Source of the DNA: Octopus sinensis
Taxonomy: Eukaryota
Assembly: GCF_006345805.1 (NCBI RefSeq)
Contig: NC_043008.1
Location: 64,046,001-64,110,000, forward strand
Reading direction: 5' to 3'
Length of the DNA: 64,000 nt
Below the pieces are notes generated by a model. The model had not been told where the DNA came from. It searched no databases and worked only from the letters and a program-made list of their open reading frames with translations. This document shows positions 12,560 to 28,231 of the stretch, piece after piece. A program made the translations under genes and the position numbers. Each line of letters starts with the position of its first letter. The stretch's first letter is position 1.

Positions 12560-13270
12560 ATATGAGTAGAAATATAGACACTTGATAAAATTTTCTAAAA
12601 ACATATTCAGAATAGAGTGTACAAGATAGAACATCCTCATGTCTTTCATTAAGCAATTTCTTCTTAGATGTTGGTATCTGGTGTAATTCATCTATACATA
12701 AGTTGCATCTAGCATCATTAATTTTATACGATCTAGCATGGCTAATATTTTCCAATTTATTTTGTATAATTTGTTACTATCCTTCAATTTCCAACTTAGT
12801 TTACTAAGACTAGTACTGTGAAACCTATCTCTATTCCTAAAGCTGCACTCATGGATTGCTATCTCGTTTTTTCATAAAATTTTCTGTTGACTCTATGTAA
12901 AAATAATTTCTTTCATTCCAAATCCACGCTACATTTATATATGATTTTTGTTCTGTAAACAAAGGTTATTAAAATAACATCCTCATCTCTACAATCATGA
13001 TCTCTAGCTAGATCATTTTCTGTAATAGTATTATTGTTTCTGTTATTATAAAAGTAGTCTAAAGATTTATTAAAAGAAGAGATAATTCTAAACAAATTTT
13101 TTGATACTGGAAAGCCTATTCTAATCCTTTTATAGTTAATTATTTTATAATATTCATGTTCTTTATTAAAGAGCTTTGATATAGATTTGTAAAATAGCTT
13201 GACCAAATTCGTTATTCATATTTATATCGTATTCAACTGATGTACCAGTGAATTGGATGTTTAACACACC
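12560..13270 (-). mobile_element. Penelope-like element remnant (RT C-terminus/linker and GIY-YIG endonuclease C-terminus)
   Basis: KLFYKSISKLFNKEHEYYKIINYKRIRIGFPVSKNLFRIISSFNKSL and ISHARSYKINDARCNLCIDELHQI...LLNER resemble the PLE patterns KFLxLIDKHFP...IFNRNTIKISYSC..NxxSIISSHNKK and ILxxARPY....KRCNLCLxEK..I...LLNKR. Confidence 0.75.
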
Positions 13271-14451
13271 ACTTTTAAAAAATTATTTTCCTTAGTTTGT
13301 TAATATATATATATATGTATGTATGCATATATATATATATATATATGTGTGTGTGAGATAATAGTTTCACCATTAACAGATTCACTATGTATATATTATA
13401 TACATAGTGAAGCTATTAAAACTGAAATGTTATTGTTTCACTTTTGACATGTAATACTGAAATAGTATAAGAGATAAGAGATTGCACCAGGCTCACATTA
13501 GGCAAGAAGTTGAAAATGTTTTAGCCTATGACACTCCATGGACCCTAAGTAAGGCATGTGTAAAATTTGAATGAAATCAGTTGGGTAGTTCTCAAGTTTT
13601 AGCGATGCACACATACAGACAGACAGTCGCACATTCTCAGTTTTATATATAGATACAACAGGCTTCCCTCAGTTTCCATCTACCAAATCCATTCACAAGG
13701 CAATAGTAGAAGACGCTTGCTCAAAGTGTCATGCAGTGGGGCTGAACACAGAACCGTGTGGTTAGGAAGCAAATTTCTTACCAAACAGCCATACCTGTGC
13801 CTACTGTTTGATATTCTAACAGCTTTGCCACTTTACCACCGTTAAGTAGAAATATGTTATTTGCAGAATCCAGATTTTACTGTATTTAGATTATAACTGC
13901 ATGGGAAATAGGTGTAGTGTAGGATGAACAATATAATATATAAATTGAACCTAGAATAATAGAATAATGGAATAATGGAAATGATAACATTTATATCTGC
14001 TTTACTTTTACAAAGAATTATTTCAGTTTATACTCATCTCAAAGTAAATAATAAATTGAGAGTCTTTTGTTGTGAAACTGAAAGTTTTATAAGAATGTAT
14101 ATGTATGGCTTGCATGTGAAACTCATTAATATTGAATCAGAATAAGAAATGAGAAATGCAAGAATGGTCAAGAGAGGAAAGGAAAGAGGGGGGAGAATAG
14201 AGGAGCTAGGAGAGATGAATGAAGAAAGGGAAAATGAAAGAAGAAAGAAACTGGAAACTAAAGATTGACTGAGAAAAAGATTTGATCATATCACTTTTGC
14301 AGTTATTGTATAAGGTGATGATAGTTCATTACAATACCTTCTTATATTCCAAGATAAAGAGAAATGTTCTGTTACAAATATATGCACAGCCTCCATCTTT
14401 ACTGATGTGACACTTTCAATAATGTTGTAGAGCTGAAAAAGAAGTAATTTC

Positions 14452-14690
14452 TACTCTTCTCCTCTGGAAGCCATCTATTCGCAATACCAGAGGGCGCACA
14501 TTCTCCTACCCTGATGTAATCTCCAGGGATACAGGCATCCAGCAACAGGACCTCCATAATGCTATGATGGACCGTGAAGTCTGGCCTAACATAGTAAATT
14601 CCATTGTCTCGACCACAGTCGAACAATGATGATGATGATGATGATGATGATGACGACGATGACAATGATGATGATGATGATGGTCATTCC
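14452..14690 (+). mobile_element. RTE LINE 3' terminus with (GAT)n tail
   Basis: LLLWKPSIRNTRGRTFSYPDVISRDTGIQQQDLHNAMMDREVWPNIVNSIVSTTVEQ* followed immediately by (GAT)n. Confidence 0.8.
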
Positions 14691-15583
14691 TGTCGATTTC
14701 AACATTTGAGTGTTTGCAGGAGATGATTTTCAAAAAAAGTTAAATGTTTAAAATTTAAAGTAGCTGCATCTATTTTCGATTGATGTAGGAATGTACGGAT
14801 TTTGTGATGAACTCGCAATGTGAACACTAATGATTTTCATGTATATTGGAATTGGTCAAGTGTGTCTGTTGGTTGCAGGATATAACTCTTTTATTGTTCT
14901 GTTTCTTCAACTCAAACTGTTTTGATGCATCATGACACATTTTATGCCATGCACACTGGTCTAGGCAATGACTTTCTCAAAATGTCAAATTAAGTTGTGG
15001 AGATTTTAGCGATTCCTTCAACTGATCCTTATACTTAAGGTCTGAGTATCCTTATACTTAAGGCCTAACCCTAACCCTAACCCTTAAGGCCTGGTCTTCA
15101 TTTACTGCCATATCCCTCTTATTGGCCATACAAAAGAATGTTTGCAGTCATCTTACATTCAAGCAACATGTCCTACTCATCTGCACTGAATTCTTAGTAA
15201 GCATAATTTTTATACTAGAAATATCACATTTTTCTAAGATTTTGACATTGGTTCTTTTATCTTGCCATTTTGGTTGCAGATATTGCACAGAGAGCACATA
15301 TGAAAGGTCTCAAGTTTCCTTCTGTGTCTGTAGTAGGGAGTCCCTTCTTCTACCTCATACAAAAATGTGCTCAAAATACAGAATTTATATATACTTATTT
15401 TCACAAATGATGGGAAAATGTATCAAATGCACTTATAGCCTTAGATATTCTAACAGTTATTTCACCATTAAGAGCACACTTAAAGTTTATTGTACTTCCA
15501 AGGTATCTAAATGGACTGGTCAGGTCATTACATAATAATAATGATGATGATGATGATAATGATGATGCTGATGATGATGATGA

Positions 15584-16096
15584 TGCCCTGATGCAATACT
15601 AGGCAGTGGCTCTTATGGCTTCTTATCTTAACTGATTGGAAGTGTTAATATGTACATTATTTTGTCTTGGTGTAAAAGATGGGCTACAGTAAATTTTCTG
15701 TTCAATACTACAGACTTGGATGTCAGTTGTTTGACCTTAACCAGTTGAGCATGTCCCTTAGTTGCTTACAATATGTGTATCTCTGATCATGAGCAGAAGT
15801 AGTGGGAGAGCATCATAGCCATGTGTCGAGAGGAATTCTTTGGGGTTTGGATAATTCACCTTTGGAGACATGGGTGTTTCGTTCAACCTCAAACAACCAT
15901 TATTCAGGGACCTTTCGATTGATATGGGCTACTCGACCTGAAGAAAATTCTAACTGGGCCCCACCTGCAAGGTCATGCACTGTTTACCTTGATATGAGAT
16001 CACTATGTCATGTACCCTTATCAGACGGGTAGTCATGATGGGTATACTGGGCTTCGTATATTTTACCCCAGTGTCACTTTGATGGCATGCACTCAC

Positions 16097-16097
<1 letters not shown>
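15584..16097 (+). mobile_element. Family D repeat copy
   Basis: Same sequence as 5981-6535; (GAT/AAT)n on the 5' side and (AAT)n on the 3' side. Confidence 0.85.
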
Positions 16098-16147
<50 letters not shown>

Positions 16148-18043
16148 TAATAATAATAATATCCTTATTAATATAGACATAAGGCTTGAAATTCTGAGAA
16201 GAGAGGAGTAGTGAGTAACGTCGACACCTAGTACTCAACTGTCACTTATTTTATTGACATTGAAAGAATGAAAACCATAGTTAACCCTGGTGGAATTTGA
16301 TCTCAGAATGAAAAGAGCCAAAAGAAATGCTGCAAAGCATTTTGTCTGACCTAATAGGGGCCCTAATAATAATGCTGATGATGATGGTGGTGGCAGAGGC
16401 GGCGGCGGTGGTAGTGGTGTTGGTGGTGGTAATTTTTCATCTAGGTATGAGTTCTGCTAATTAAGGGAGAGAGTTATTCGAATATCGTTGATGCTAGTAC
16501 TTGTCTGGTACTTTATTTTTATCTATTTCAAAGGGATGAAAAGTAAAATTTGACCTTTGGTGAGATTTTACCTCCAAATGGGAAGAACCAGGATAATTAG
16601 CACAATTAATTTGTTTGCTGCTGTAATGATTCTTCTGATTCACCACAAAGGACTTAGGACATTGAAGACAGTACAAAGAGGTTACGAAATGAAACAGATA
16701 AGTGTGATATTTCCGTTGAGGAATCTACAATAAAGAACAATAATTAATTAACCTTTCCATTATAGACACAAGGCCTGAAATATTGGGGGAGGGAGCAAGT
16801 TGATTTCATTGACCTTAGTGTTCGACTAGTACTTATTTTATCAACCACAGGCAGACAAACGACAATGTCGACCGTAGCAGGATTTAAACTTAGTATGTAA
16901 ACTTGAAGACATGCTATGAAGCATTTTGTCTGGATAATGATTCTGTCAGTTCATGGCCTTACAATAACAATTAATAGTAGTTTCAAATTTTGGCACGAGG
17001 CCAGCAATTTCAGGGGTGGGAATGAGTCAATTATATCGACCCCAGCACTCAACTGGTACTTATTTTATTGACCCTGAAAGGATGAAAGGCATAATTTGAA
17101 CACTGAATGCTAATGGATGAAATGCCACTAAGCATTTGGCCTGGCATGATAACGATCCTGCCAGTTTGCCACCATAATTATCATCATCATCCAGTGTTTT
17201 AAATCCAGGTTTTGTCTCCATTAAAATGGATGACCAGATCTACCTCAATGCCATAGCAACTGAGTCAGGCAGGTGCAGCTCATCCTAATCTTTGGGCTGG
17301 CTGATGCCCATTCTCCCTAGCTATCATTAGGCTTATTTTGGAGCTGTATTTTCTACGGGGAGCTTGCCCCCAACCTCAGTTTCTAGACATAAGTGGTCCC
17401 GAGACCAAGTCCTTTACCACAATTTTTAAGAAATGTGGTGGAAATCTAGCTCAGGAAGGCAGGGATGCTTACTACCTGAGACTCCTTTCAGAGCCCTGCT
17501 ACCTACATAATAAGAAATAATAATGATTTCAAATTTGGTACAAGGGCAACAATTTCAGTGAAGGAAAACAAATCTATTACATCAACCCAACTGTTCAACT
17601 GGGACATTTGTTATCGATCCCTGAAAGGATGTAAGACAAAGTCAACCTTGATCTCAGAACATAAAGACAGGCAAAACAGGTACAATTCATCTGATAGGCT
17701 TCTATGCAGTTTCCATTTATCCAATTCCACTCGTAAGGTATGAATTGACCTGAGGCTATAGAAAAATAACATTTTCCCAAGATGGCATGCAGTAGGATTG
17801 AACCTGGAATCTTATGATCACAAAGCAAATCTCTTAACCATTGAGTCATATTACATCTATAACATTGAATACTTTCAATACAGAATATAAAATAATAATA
17901 ATGAAATTATTGTATACAGTGCCCAGGTTCACCACAACTTGTCAGAAAGTGCATATAAAGTACATGCAGTAATGTAGAAATGTCTGGAAAGCGAACAATG
18001 TATGAGTCAGTTACATGCTTGTGTGTGTATGGAGGGGAGAAAA

Positions 18044-18200
18044 TCAAGTGTAGTGTTGGCGAATCTCAGGAAGCATGGAAGTTTTGAAGGATGCAGTGCT
18101 CCGACAACTAACAACTGATGCCGGTAGTTTGTTCCATGCTTCAGCAACTCTCAGCGTGAAAAAATGTTTCCTGAAGTCATGGGAGCTGTGCTGTTTTCTT
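18044..18200 (-). mobile_element. CR1-type LINE 3' end
   Basis: HSSHDFRKHFFTLRVAEAWNKLPASVVSCRSTASFKTSM, the typical CR1 C-terminal RxxFFxxRVxxxWNxLP motif. Confidence 0.8.
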
Positions 18201-18554
18201 ACTTTGTATATGTAAACAGGAAAACAATACAAAACACAGCATGTACTTAATGTTCAGAGAGCTGTACACTGGATGCATGTAGTATTGAAAGAAAATCAGG
18301 AACAACTTAGTTTATCAGTTCAAAAATCATTTGTTCATAAAAAATATGTCACAGTCTGGTGGTTTGATGTGTGCTGACCAGTGGAATAAAGGACACACAT
18401 TTTAGGAGAGGATGCATTTTAATAAACTGGGATATAGGATTCATCCTTGCCCCAAAAGAATAAAAGGCTAAAACAAGTTTGAAAGAAATTTAAACTCAGA
18501 ATATAGAGAGATGCAATAGAGTGTGAACACTATCTATGCATCTCTACCGATTCT

Positions 18555-18975
18555 ACTCTTTACTCTTTTACTCTTTTACTTGTTTCAGTCAATTGACTGC
18601 GGCCATGCTGGAGCACCACCTTTAGTCAAGCAAATCGACCCCGGGACTTACTCTTTGTAAGCCCAGTACTTATTCTATCGGTCTGTTTTGCCGAACCGCT
18701 AAGTGACGGGGACGTAAACACACCAGCATCGGTTGTCAAGCAATGCTAGGGGGACAAACACAGACACACAAACATATACACACACACATATATATATATA
18801 CATATATATACATACGACAGGCTTCTTTCAGTTTCCGTCTACCAAATCCACTCACAAGGCATTGGTCGGCCCGGGGCTATAGTAGAAGACACTTGCCCAA
18901 GATGCCACGCAGTGGGACTGAACCTGGAACCATGTGGTTGGTTAGCAAGCTACTTACCACACAGCCACTACTGCC
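18555..18975 (-). mobile_element. tRNA-derived SINE, family B (octopus-type, internal CA/TA microsatellite, AAAAGAGT tail)
   Basis: Head TGGCTGTGTGGTAAG...GGTTCAGTCCC and tandem tail. Other copies at 43945-44352 (-), 25730-26296 (+), 7613-7925, 2110-2640, 8665-8825 and 44555-44712. Confidence 0.9.
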
Positions 18976-19613
18976 CACTATTTTTTAACAGCTAGGAAAA
19001 GTTGCTAAAATTGATCCTGGTGTATTAATGGTAGTTTATTAATTTTTGGAGAGATTTGAACTCAAAAGGTTTAGACATACGACTAAAAACTACAAAGGAT
19101 TCAGCTTCTCAATAGATTTATCTTGTAAGTAGAAATAGCGTTTCTTGTGATATATCTTGCATAATTGAAATTTTAATATGTGGTATGTTTTTTATTGTTT
19201 TAACATGAAAGAGAATTAATTTAATTTCAAGAAGTCTAAATAAAATGATTACTATCAACAATGATATTCACCTGGAAAGTATTAGATCTCCTGCAAATAT
19301 TTATCTTTTAAATATTTCTTCTAAATCCACTTCTGTAATAAGAAACCAACCACTTCTCATCCTAGTCAAACAACTGTAATAATCTAGTTATTTCAGTTTT
19401 GTTCTTGTGAGAGAAAATTTTGTTCTTGTTTCTGCAAATCACTAAGCTAATCTTCTGTTTCGATTTTGGAAAAAATCATATAAGCATGCAAGGAATGCAG
19501 TTCACTGATTCAGCCCTTGTAACCATCAATCATAGCCAGACATCTAAATGTTTTATCTGTTGCTGTAAATCTAACAAATTGCTTGCTTTAAAACTATCTT
19601 CCTAACCATTTAG

Positions 19614-19657
19614 CAGAGTTTGCTGTGCTGTATGCATTTGGACTAGGAAAACGGTAG
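19614..19657 (+). CDS. Candidate exon encoding xEFAVLYAFGLGKR (then stop, or spliced at cg|gtagga)
   Basis: CTAAC branch-like motif plus NAGNAG acceptor (ttcctaaccatttagcag); open frame; TAG at 19655-19657. Confidence 0.3.
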
Positions 19658-19855
19658 GAAAATTTGCTAATGAAGAAGGCTATGGTTAATTTGAAATTGA
19701 GGTTGTATCACACAGGATTTTGAGAGGTCTTTGAAAGGGTACTGATTACCAGGTGAGTTACTCACAGCAAACTGAAGTAGTAATTAGTTGCAACCTACGA
19801 GTCATGTTCTTTTTTTCCTTCTGTCCTCTGACCAATCATTCATCTTTTCACCCAG

Positions 19856-19904
19856 TCACATCAAAGTCAAGAAGAGAAGGAAAAGTACAAGAAGCAATAT
19901 GCTT
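19856..19904 (+). CDS. Candidate 49-nt exon (HIKVKKRRKSTRSNML if joined to the 19614 exon)
   Basis: Long polypyrimidine tract ending cccag|, donor |gtaagg, all three frames open. Confidence 0.35.
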
Positions 19905-20450
19905 GTAAGGTTTTCATCCTCTATGTCAGTATATGCAGGTTTTGGTCCACAACCTTGACCATATCCACAACGACAATGTAAGCCAAATATTTTATTCCTC
20001 TTTGAAACACAAATCATTCGTTCCATCTCAAAATGGCTACATAACAATCATCATTGCTTTTACATTTGCATTCCATGTTGAATGATTAGTCAGAATTCAA
20101 TGTGTCAGAGGACAATATATTCAGTTTCTCAGCTTTAGAATGGTTTCTATGGCTGGATGCCTTTCATAATATAAATCACTTTACAGGGTGTACTACAGAT
20201 ATTTTTCATGGCACCAACTGATTTATAAAATAGATACTGGTTCAATTTTTACAGTAACTTTTCCATGGTGTTTCATTTGCCTAGTAAAGGATTAGATCTG
20301 ATTCTTTCTTTTGAAACTGAAACTATCAACTCATGGACGAGCTATTTTAGCCATTTAAACAACATGCAAAACAGAAATAAATGCAAAGTGTAGATGAGTC
20401 TTAGTTTTTCCAGAAAACGATATGAAATTTGCAATATGTTATCATTTTTC

Positions 20451-21181
20451 ATTATGATGCTATGATGCTATGTGTTTCCATTATTTTGTCCAACACCTAG
20501 CATCATAGCATCATAATTTTGAAATATCTATAAAATCGTCAAAAACTTGTTTATTTTTATGTTTTTTGATTTATTATTAGTGTTGCTTAATATGTTTTGC
20601 TAAAATTGCTCTTTCTTTTCAGGTATCATCAGAAAAGAGTAATTTGGCTAACTGTTAAACGTTGAAGAATATTTGTGATGATCTAGGGGTGGCTATTTCT
20701 TGGAAATCTGCTGACCCAATGGTTTCCCTTCATGGCAGAATTAATAGTGAAGACTATTTAAGCATTTTATCAGATCAAATTCATCCTATGGTTGTGGAAC
20801 TGTTTCTGGAGGAAAATGCAATCTTTCAGGATGATAATGCACCGATTCACACAGCTAAAGGTGTTACTGAATGGCACAAGGGACATTCTAGTGAAGTTGA
20901 ACATCTTATCTGGCCACCACAGCCACCAGATCTCAATATTATTGAACATTTATGGTGCATTTTAGAAAAACAAGTAAGGAGTCGATATCCTCCACCATCA
21001 TCACTACAAGAACTGGAGACTGTTTTAGCTGAAGAATGGACAAAAATTCTTTTGGAAACAATTCAAACTTTGTACGAGTCCATACCTTGTAGAATTACTA
21101 CCAAAGGTGGTTCTACCTCATATTAAAATAAATTTGTTTCAAATTTTAAGGTGCTTCCATTATTTTGTCCAAACCCTGTAT
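20451..21181 (+). mobile_element. Internally deleted Tc1-family (DD34E-type) transposon fossil
   Basis: VMI*G-AISW...IFQDDNAPIHTAK...WPPQPPDLNIIEHLW...RITTKGGSTSY. The right TIR gtgcttccattattttgtccaaaccctg|TA ends at 21181. The left end is rearranged into a hairpin. Confidence 0.92.
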
Positions 21182-21324
21182 ATATCTCCCGTTGATCCAG
21201 TGAAAATTATATCATTGCTGTGATGACATCAGGTAGCCTACACGGTGAATGTGCTTTAATCAACATACTAATAGATATAGACCAGAAGTCTAAGTAATTA
21301 CACACACACATATATATAATATAT

Positions 21325-21379
<55 letters not shown>

Positions 21380-21382
21380 TAC

Positions 21383-21413
<31 letters not shown>

Positions 21414-21418
21414 CATAG

Positions 21419-21449
<31 letters not shown>

Positions 21450-22351
21450 CATATACATATATATACATATATATACATATACATATATATACATATATAT
21501 ATATATATATACATATACTATATATACTATATATATATATATACATATATATATATACACACAAACATATATATATATATATATATATATACATACAAAT
21601 ATATATATATGCACAAACATATATATGCATACATATGTGTGTGTATATATACATATACATGAATATATATACACACACACACACGATACACACATTTGGT
21701 ACCACTTGATTGAACTACAACACAAAAATATGAGCAGCTGTTTAAGGACAAGCTTTTGTTGTTTTTTTTCTTGTTTTATTATTTTATTATTTTTTTTTTA
21801 TCCATCCTAATATCACGTCCATCAAGAAACCAATTTTAATATCTATTTCTAAGCATCACAACCAAGACGTTCACTTTGAAACATAATGATTTAAGAGTGA
21901 CCTTGCACCCAGTGTAACTTAGAAGTAATGCTGTGAGTTTACACAATGTTTACAGAGCATTGATAGCATTTACTAACATAATAATCGGCAGAGCAAATAA
22001 AATGTTCATTTTCCAATCTTTCATTGCATAGTATTTTTTTTCTATACAGTCATGGTTCTTTCTTTTTCTTTTTTTTTTCTTTTTTTTTTTCTTTTTACAT
22101 GCTGTTATATTAAATCTAAGCAGACATTGTAAGGTAGTAGTTGAGAAATAAACTTACTTTCTTTTTCTTGGTTTCTGCATCCATTAATCCTTGCAAGCAT
22201 GGGTAGGATAGATTTGTCAAATTTCAATATTGCTGATTGGTGTATATCTCAGTGTGTATGTGTGTGTATGTGTGTGTGTGTGTATGCATGTGCATATTTG
22301 TATGTGTATATGTGGGTGCATGTTTGAGTATATGTATGAGTGATTGTGTAT

Positions 22352-25090
<2,739 letters not shown>

Positions 25091-25891
25091 TGTGTGTCTG
25101 TGTGTGTCTGTGTGTGTCTGTGTATGTGTGTGTGTGTTTATCCCCTGCCATATCTAATGTTTGTTTACATACCAGTAATCTTGACTGAACAAAAAAGAGT
25201 GATAGAATAGTTACTAAACTTGCAAAAGTACTAGGTTTGACTAATTTGACTAAAATCTTTCAAGAAAGAAGATACTATATATATTAGGTATATAGAGTGT
25301 TCATATATCTATATATATATCATTATCATCGTCGTCGTCGTTTAACATCCACTTTCTATGCTGGCATGGGTTAGACGGTTTGACTGAGGGCTGGTAAGCC
25401 AGAAGGCTGCAACATGCTCCAATCTGATCTGGCAAGGTTTCTACAGGTGGATGCCCTTCCTAACACCAACCACTCCAGGAGTGTAGTGGTTGCTTTTTAT
25501 GTTCCACTGGCACGAGGGCTAAATGCCCCAAAAAATGAAGAACAAACTCAGAAAACAAAAACACAAGGTCGTGATACATGTAAAGTACTAGCAGACACTC
25601 AGGGAAGGAAAGAAAGATGGTTTTATGTTTTGAGCAAAGCTCTTCTTCAGAAACAGAGGAAGGTGCAATAGGAGAGGAAGATGGAGAAAAAAATTGCCTT
25701 CAATTCACATGTGCTTAGATATATATGCAGTGCAGGAGTGGCTGTGTGGTAAGTAGCTTGCTTATCAACCACATGGTTCCGAGTTCAGTCCCACTGCATG
25801 GTACCTTGGGCAAGTGTCTTCTATTATAGCCTCGTGCTAACAAAATCCTTGTGAATGGATTTAGTAGACAGAAACTGAAAGAAGCCCATCG

Positions 25892-25935
<44 letters not shown>

Positions 25936-26519
25936 CTGGCAAAGTTTCTACAGCTGGATGCCCTTCTTAATGCCAACAATTCAAAGAATGTAGTGCTTTT
26001 TATGTGCTACCGGCACGAGGACTGAATGCCTGAAAAAAAAATATATATATGTATGTATGTATGTGTGTGTATTAGTTGGTGTGTTTGTGTGTGTGTGTGT
26101 GCATGCCCCAACATCGCTTGACAACTGATGCCAGTGTGTTTACATCCCCGTAACTGTGCGGTTCTGCAAAATAAACCAATAGAATAAGTACTAGGCTTAC
26201 AATGAAGAAGTTCTGGGGTCAATTTGCTCGACTAAATGCGGTGCTCCAGCATGGCGACATTCAAATGACTGAAACAAGTAAAAGAATAACAGAATATATA
26301 CATGTCTCAATATATAAGTTAATTTATTCCCAGGGATCACTCTTAAAGCAATAACTCATGAAGCATGGCAATTGTTCCCCAAAGTAGCAATGTTATAAAT
26401 TGTAATTGTTTCCCGAAAAATATTTTACCTATAAAATTTATAATACTCATAAATAAATGGTAATAAAACAACAGTAGAATGTAAAGAATATTTTATGTAA
26501 AGTAAAAAGAATGTCAAAA

Positions 26520-26760
26520 TCATTTATTATAAAAAGTATTTTCAATATAATCGTTTTTCAGATCACTTTCACTTGCTCTAGACACATGCACACCTTCACT
26601 TGTAGATGTCATCCCCAATTCACAAACACTTGTAGACAGACTTGTAGATTTCTTTCTAAAAGACAAGTCTAGAGTTGTTTGCTTAAAAAAGTCTTTTTTC
26701 ACTGTCTAAAAATTTCTCGGTAACATGCAGAAGCATATGTTATGGCAGTAGAAATTTTTG
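26520..26760 (-). mobile_element. pogo/Tigger-like transposase C-terminal remnant
   Basis: ACYREIFRQ*KK(frameshift)KQTTLDLSFRKK resembles the Tigger/pogo tail ACYREIYxEKKKxxxQTxLDxFF. Confidence 0.45.
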
Positions 26761-26805
26761 CAACATTTTATATTACAGTTCTATATTTAAGAAATGAGGA
26801 ATTAC

Positions 26806-26993
26806 GTGCATTATTTACATTATTTACATTTGATGGATATTTGTCCTCCTTTTTTTTCTTGTTAACACAACACTTCGGTTGAAATACCCTCCAGCCTTCA
26901 TCCTTGAAGGCTGGAGGGTATACCTGCTGAAACATATTAACAACAAAGATGAGGACAAATATCCACCAAATGTAAATAATGTAAATAATGCAC
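26806..26993. repeat. ~190-bp imperfect palindrome built from two tail-to-tail fragments of the tRNA-HHR SINE 3' body
   Basis: ccctccagccttca-TCCT-tgaaggctggaggg at the centre (loop 26901-26904); arms extend to the gtgcattatttacatt/aatgtaaataatgcac ends. Confidence 0.85.
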
Positions 26994-27101
26994 ATTTTAT
27001 ATTTATTATGAAATAAAACACACAAACCCAGAGTCTCATAAAGCAGGTCCTTGTAAAGTGAAGTACTACTATGTATATATAGATATATATGTGTATGTGT
27101 G

Positions 27102-27139
<38 letters not shown>

Positions 27140-27140
27140 T

Positions 27141-27614
27141 ATATTTATAAAAAAGAAGTTTGAAAACGTCACAATTTTCTGAGAGATTTTATGTTTCAAT
27201 TCTCCTTGAAAAAACGAACCATATCAAAAATATTTTTAAAAGTTAAGTGTAATAAAAAAATTCATAATTGTTTCTTACTAGTCTCAACAGAGTCCATGTG
27301 GTGGTGCTTTGTGTGTGGGAACATAATGGCTGTTTTGTGGGTTGACTAGAATCGTTGGCTCACTATTACAGCCAACGATTCTAGACAATGCACAAGACAG
27401 CCATTATGCTACCCCACACAAAACACCACCACATGGACTCTGTTGAGACTAGTAAAAAACTATTATGAACTTTTTTATTACACTTAACTTTTAAAATATA
27501 TATATTTTTGATAAGGTTTGTTTTTTTTCAAGAAGAGCCGAAACACGTAAAATCTCTCAGAAAATTCAAATTTATCATATATAGTGGCATTTTCAAACTT
27601 CTTTTTTATAAATA
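27141..27614. repeat. ~470-bp imperfect palindrome (9-nt loop at 27361-27369), Penelope pLTR-like
   Basis: Arms match, e.g. tagtctcaacagagtccatgtggtggtg / caccaccacatggactctgttgagacta and aattttctgagagatttta / taaaatctctcagaaaatt. A decayed HHR-like tgataag...gagccGAAACACGTA lies at ~27508-27549. Confidence 0.9.
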
Positions 27615-28015
27615 TAAACCCACTTGTATGCGACCTACACTTACTATATATATATATTCTTTTACTTTTTTATATGTTTCAGCCCTAAGGCCATGGCCAT
27701 GTGTGTGTTTGTCTATTTGTGCATGAATAAACTGTGCCCCTAATTAATTTATTCCAGCTTGAGCAAGTTTTTCACACATCGGTAAATGTACCTTTAGCTG
27801 ATCTCATACAAGAGTGACCAAATTTCAGTGACCATGAACAATGGCTATGTATACATACCTGATGATGCTTATATCATTTATTAGGAGGATTTCTTCTTTC
27901 TAGACAGTTCATGTAATGTATGGTTTTTCCATGTCCAATTTTACGAGATCATCTTAAAGGTGATTGTACATGACTATATTTCATCATCCACACTACTTAG
28001 TGCATTTTTAATGAA

Positions 28016-28231
28016 TACAGGGTGACCCAAAAGTAGGTTTACAGTTATTCAACTATCGCTTTCACATTCATATATTAACAATTTAGATTTTAATTATAAA
28101 AAAATATGAAACCATTATTCTATGCTAATTTAGTTAATTGTAAAAAAAACATTAAAATGTAATATAATATTTTGAAAGAAATTTGAAGTACTTATGGGAT
28201 AACTGTGAACCTACTTTTGGGCCACTGTGTA
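28016..28231. mobile_element. Tc1/mariner-type MITE with TA TSD
   Basis: TA|cagggtgacccaaaagtaggtttacagttat ... ataactgtgaacctacttttgggccactgtg|TA, ~31-bp imperfect TIRs. Confidence 0.85.

Noticed and set aside
13382-13412. 14-bp hairpin ttcactatgtatat/atatacatagtgaa
   Set aside because: Short, AT-rich and partly TA repeat; no supporting context.
15062-15092. Interstitial telomeric (CCCTAA)3
   Set aside because: Only three units; too short to distinguish from a simple repeat.
15122-15535. 137-aa non-repetitive ORF
   Set aside because: TTG start, no recognisable motif, composition typical of AT-rich non-coding DNA.
20662-21126. Open 154-aa DDE ORF as an active or domesticated transposase
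   Set aside because: It lacks the N-terminal DNA-binding domain and first catalytic Asp, the upstream motif carries a stop/frameshift, and the element is internally deleted.
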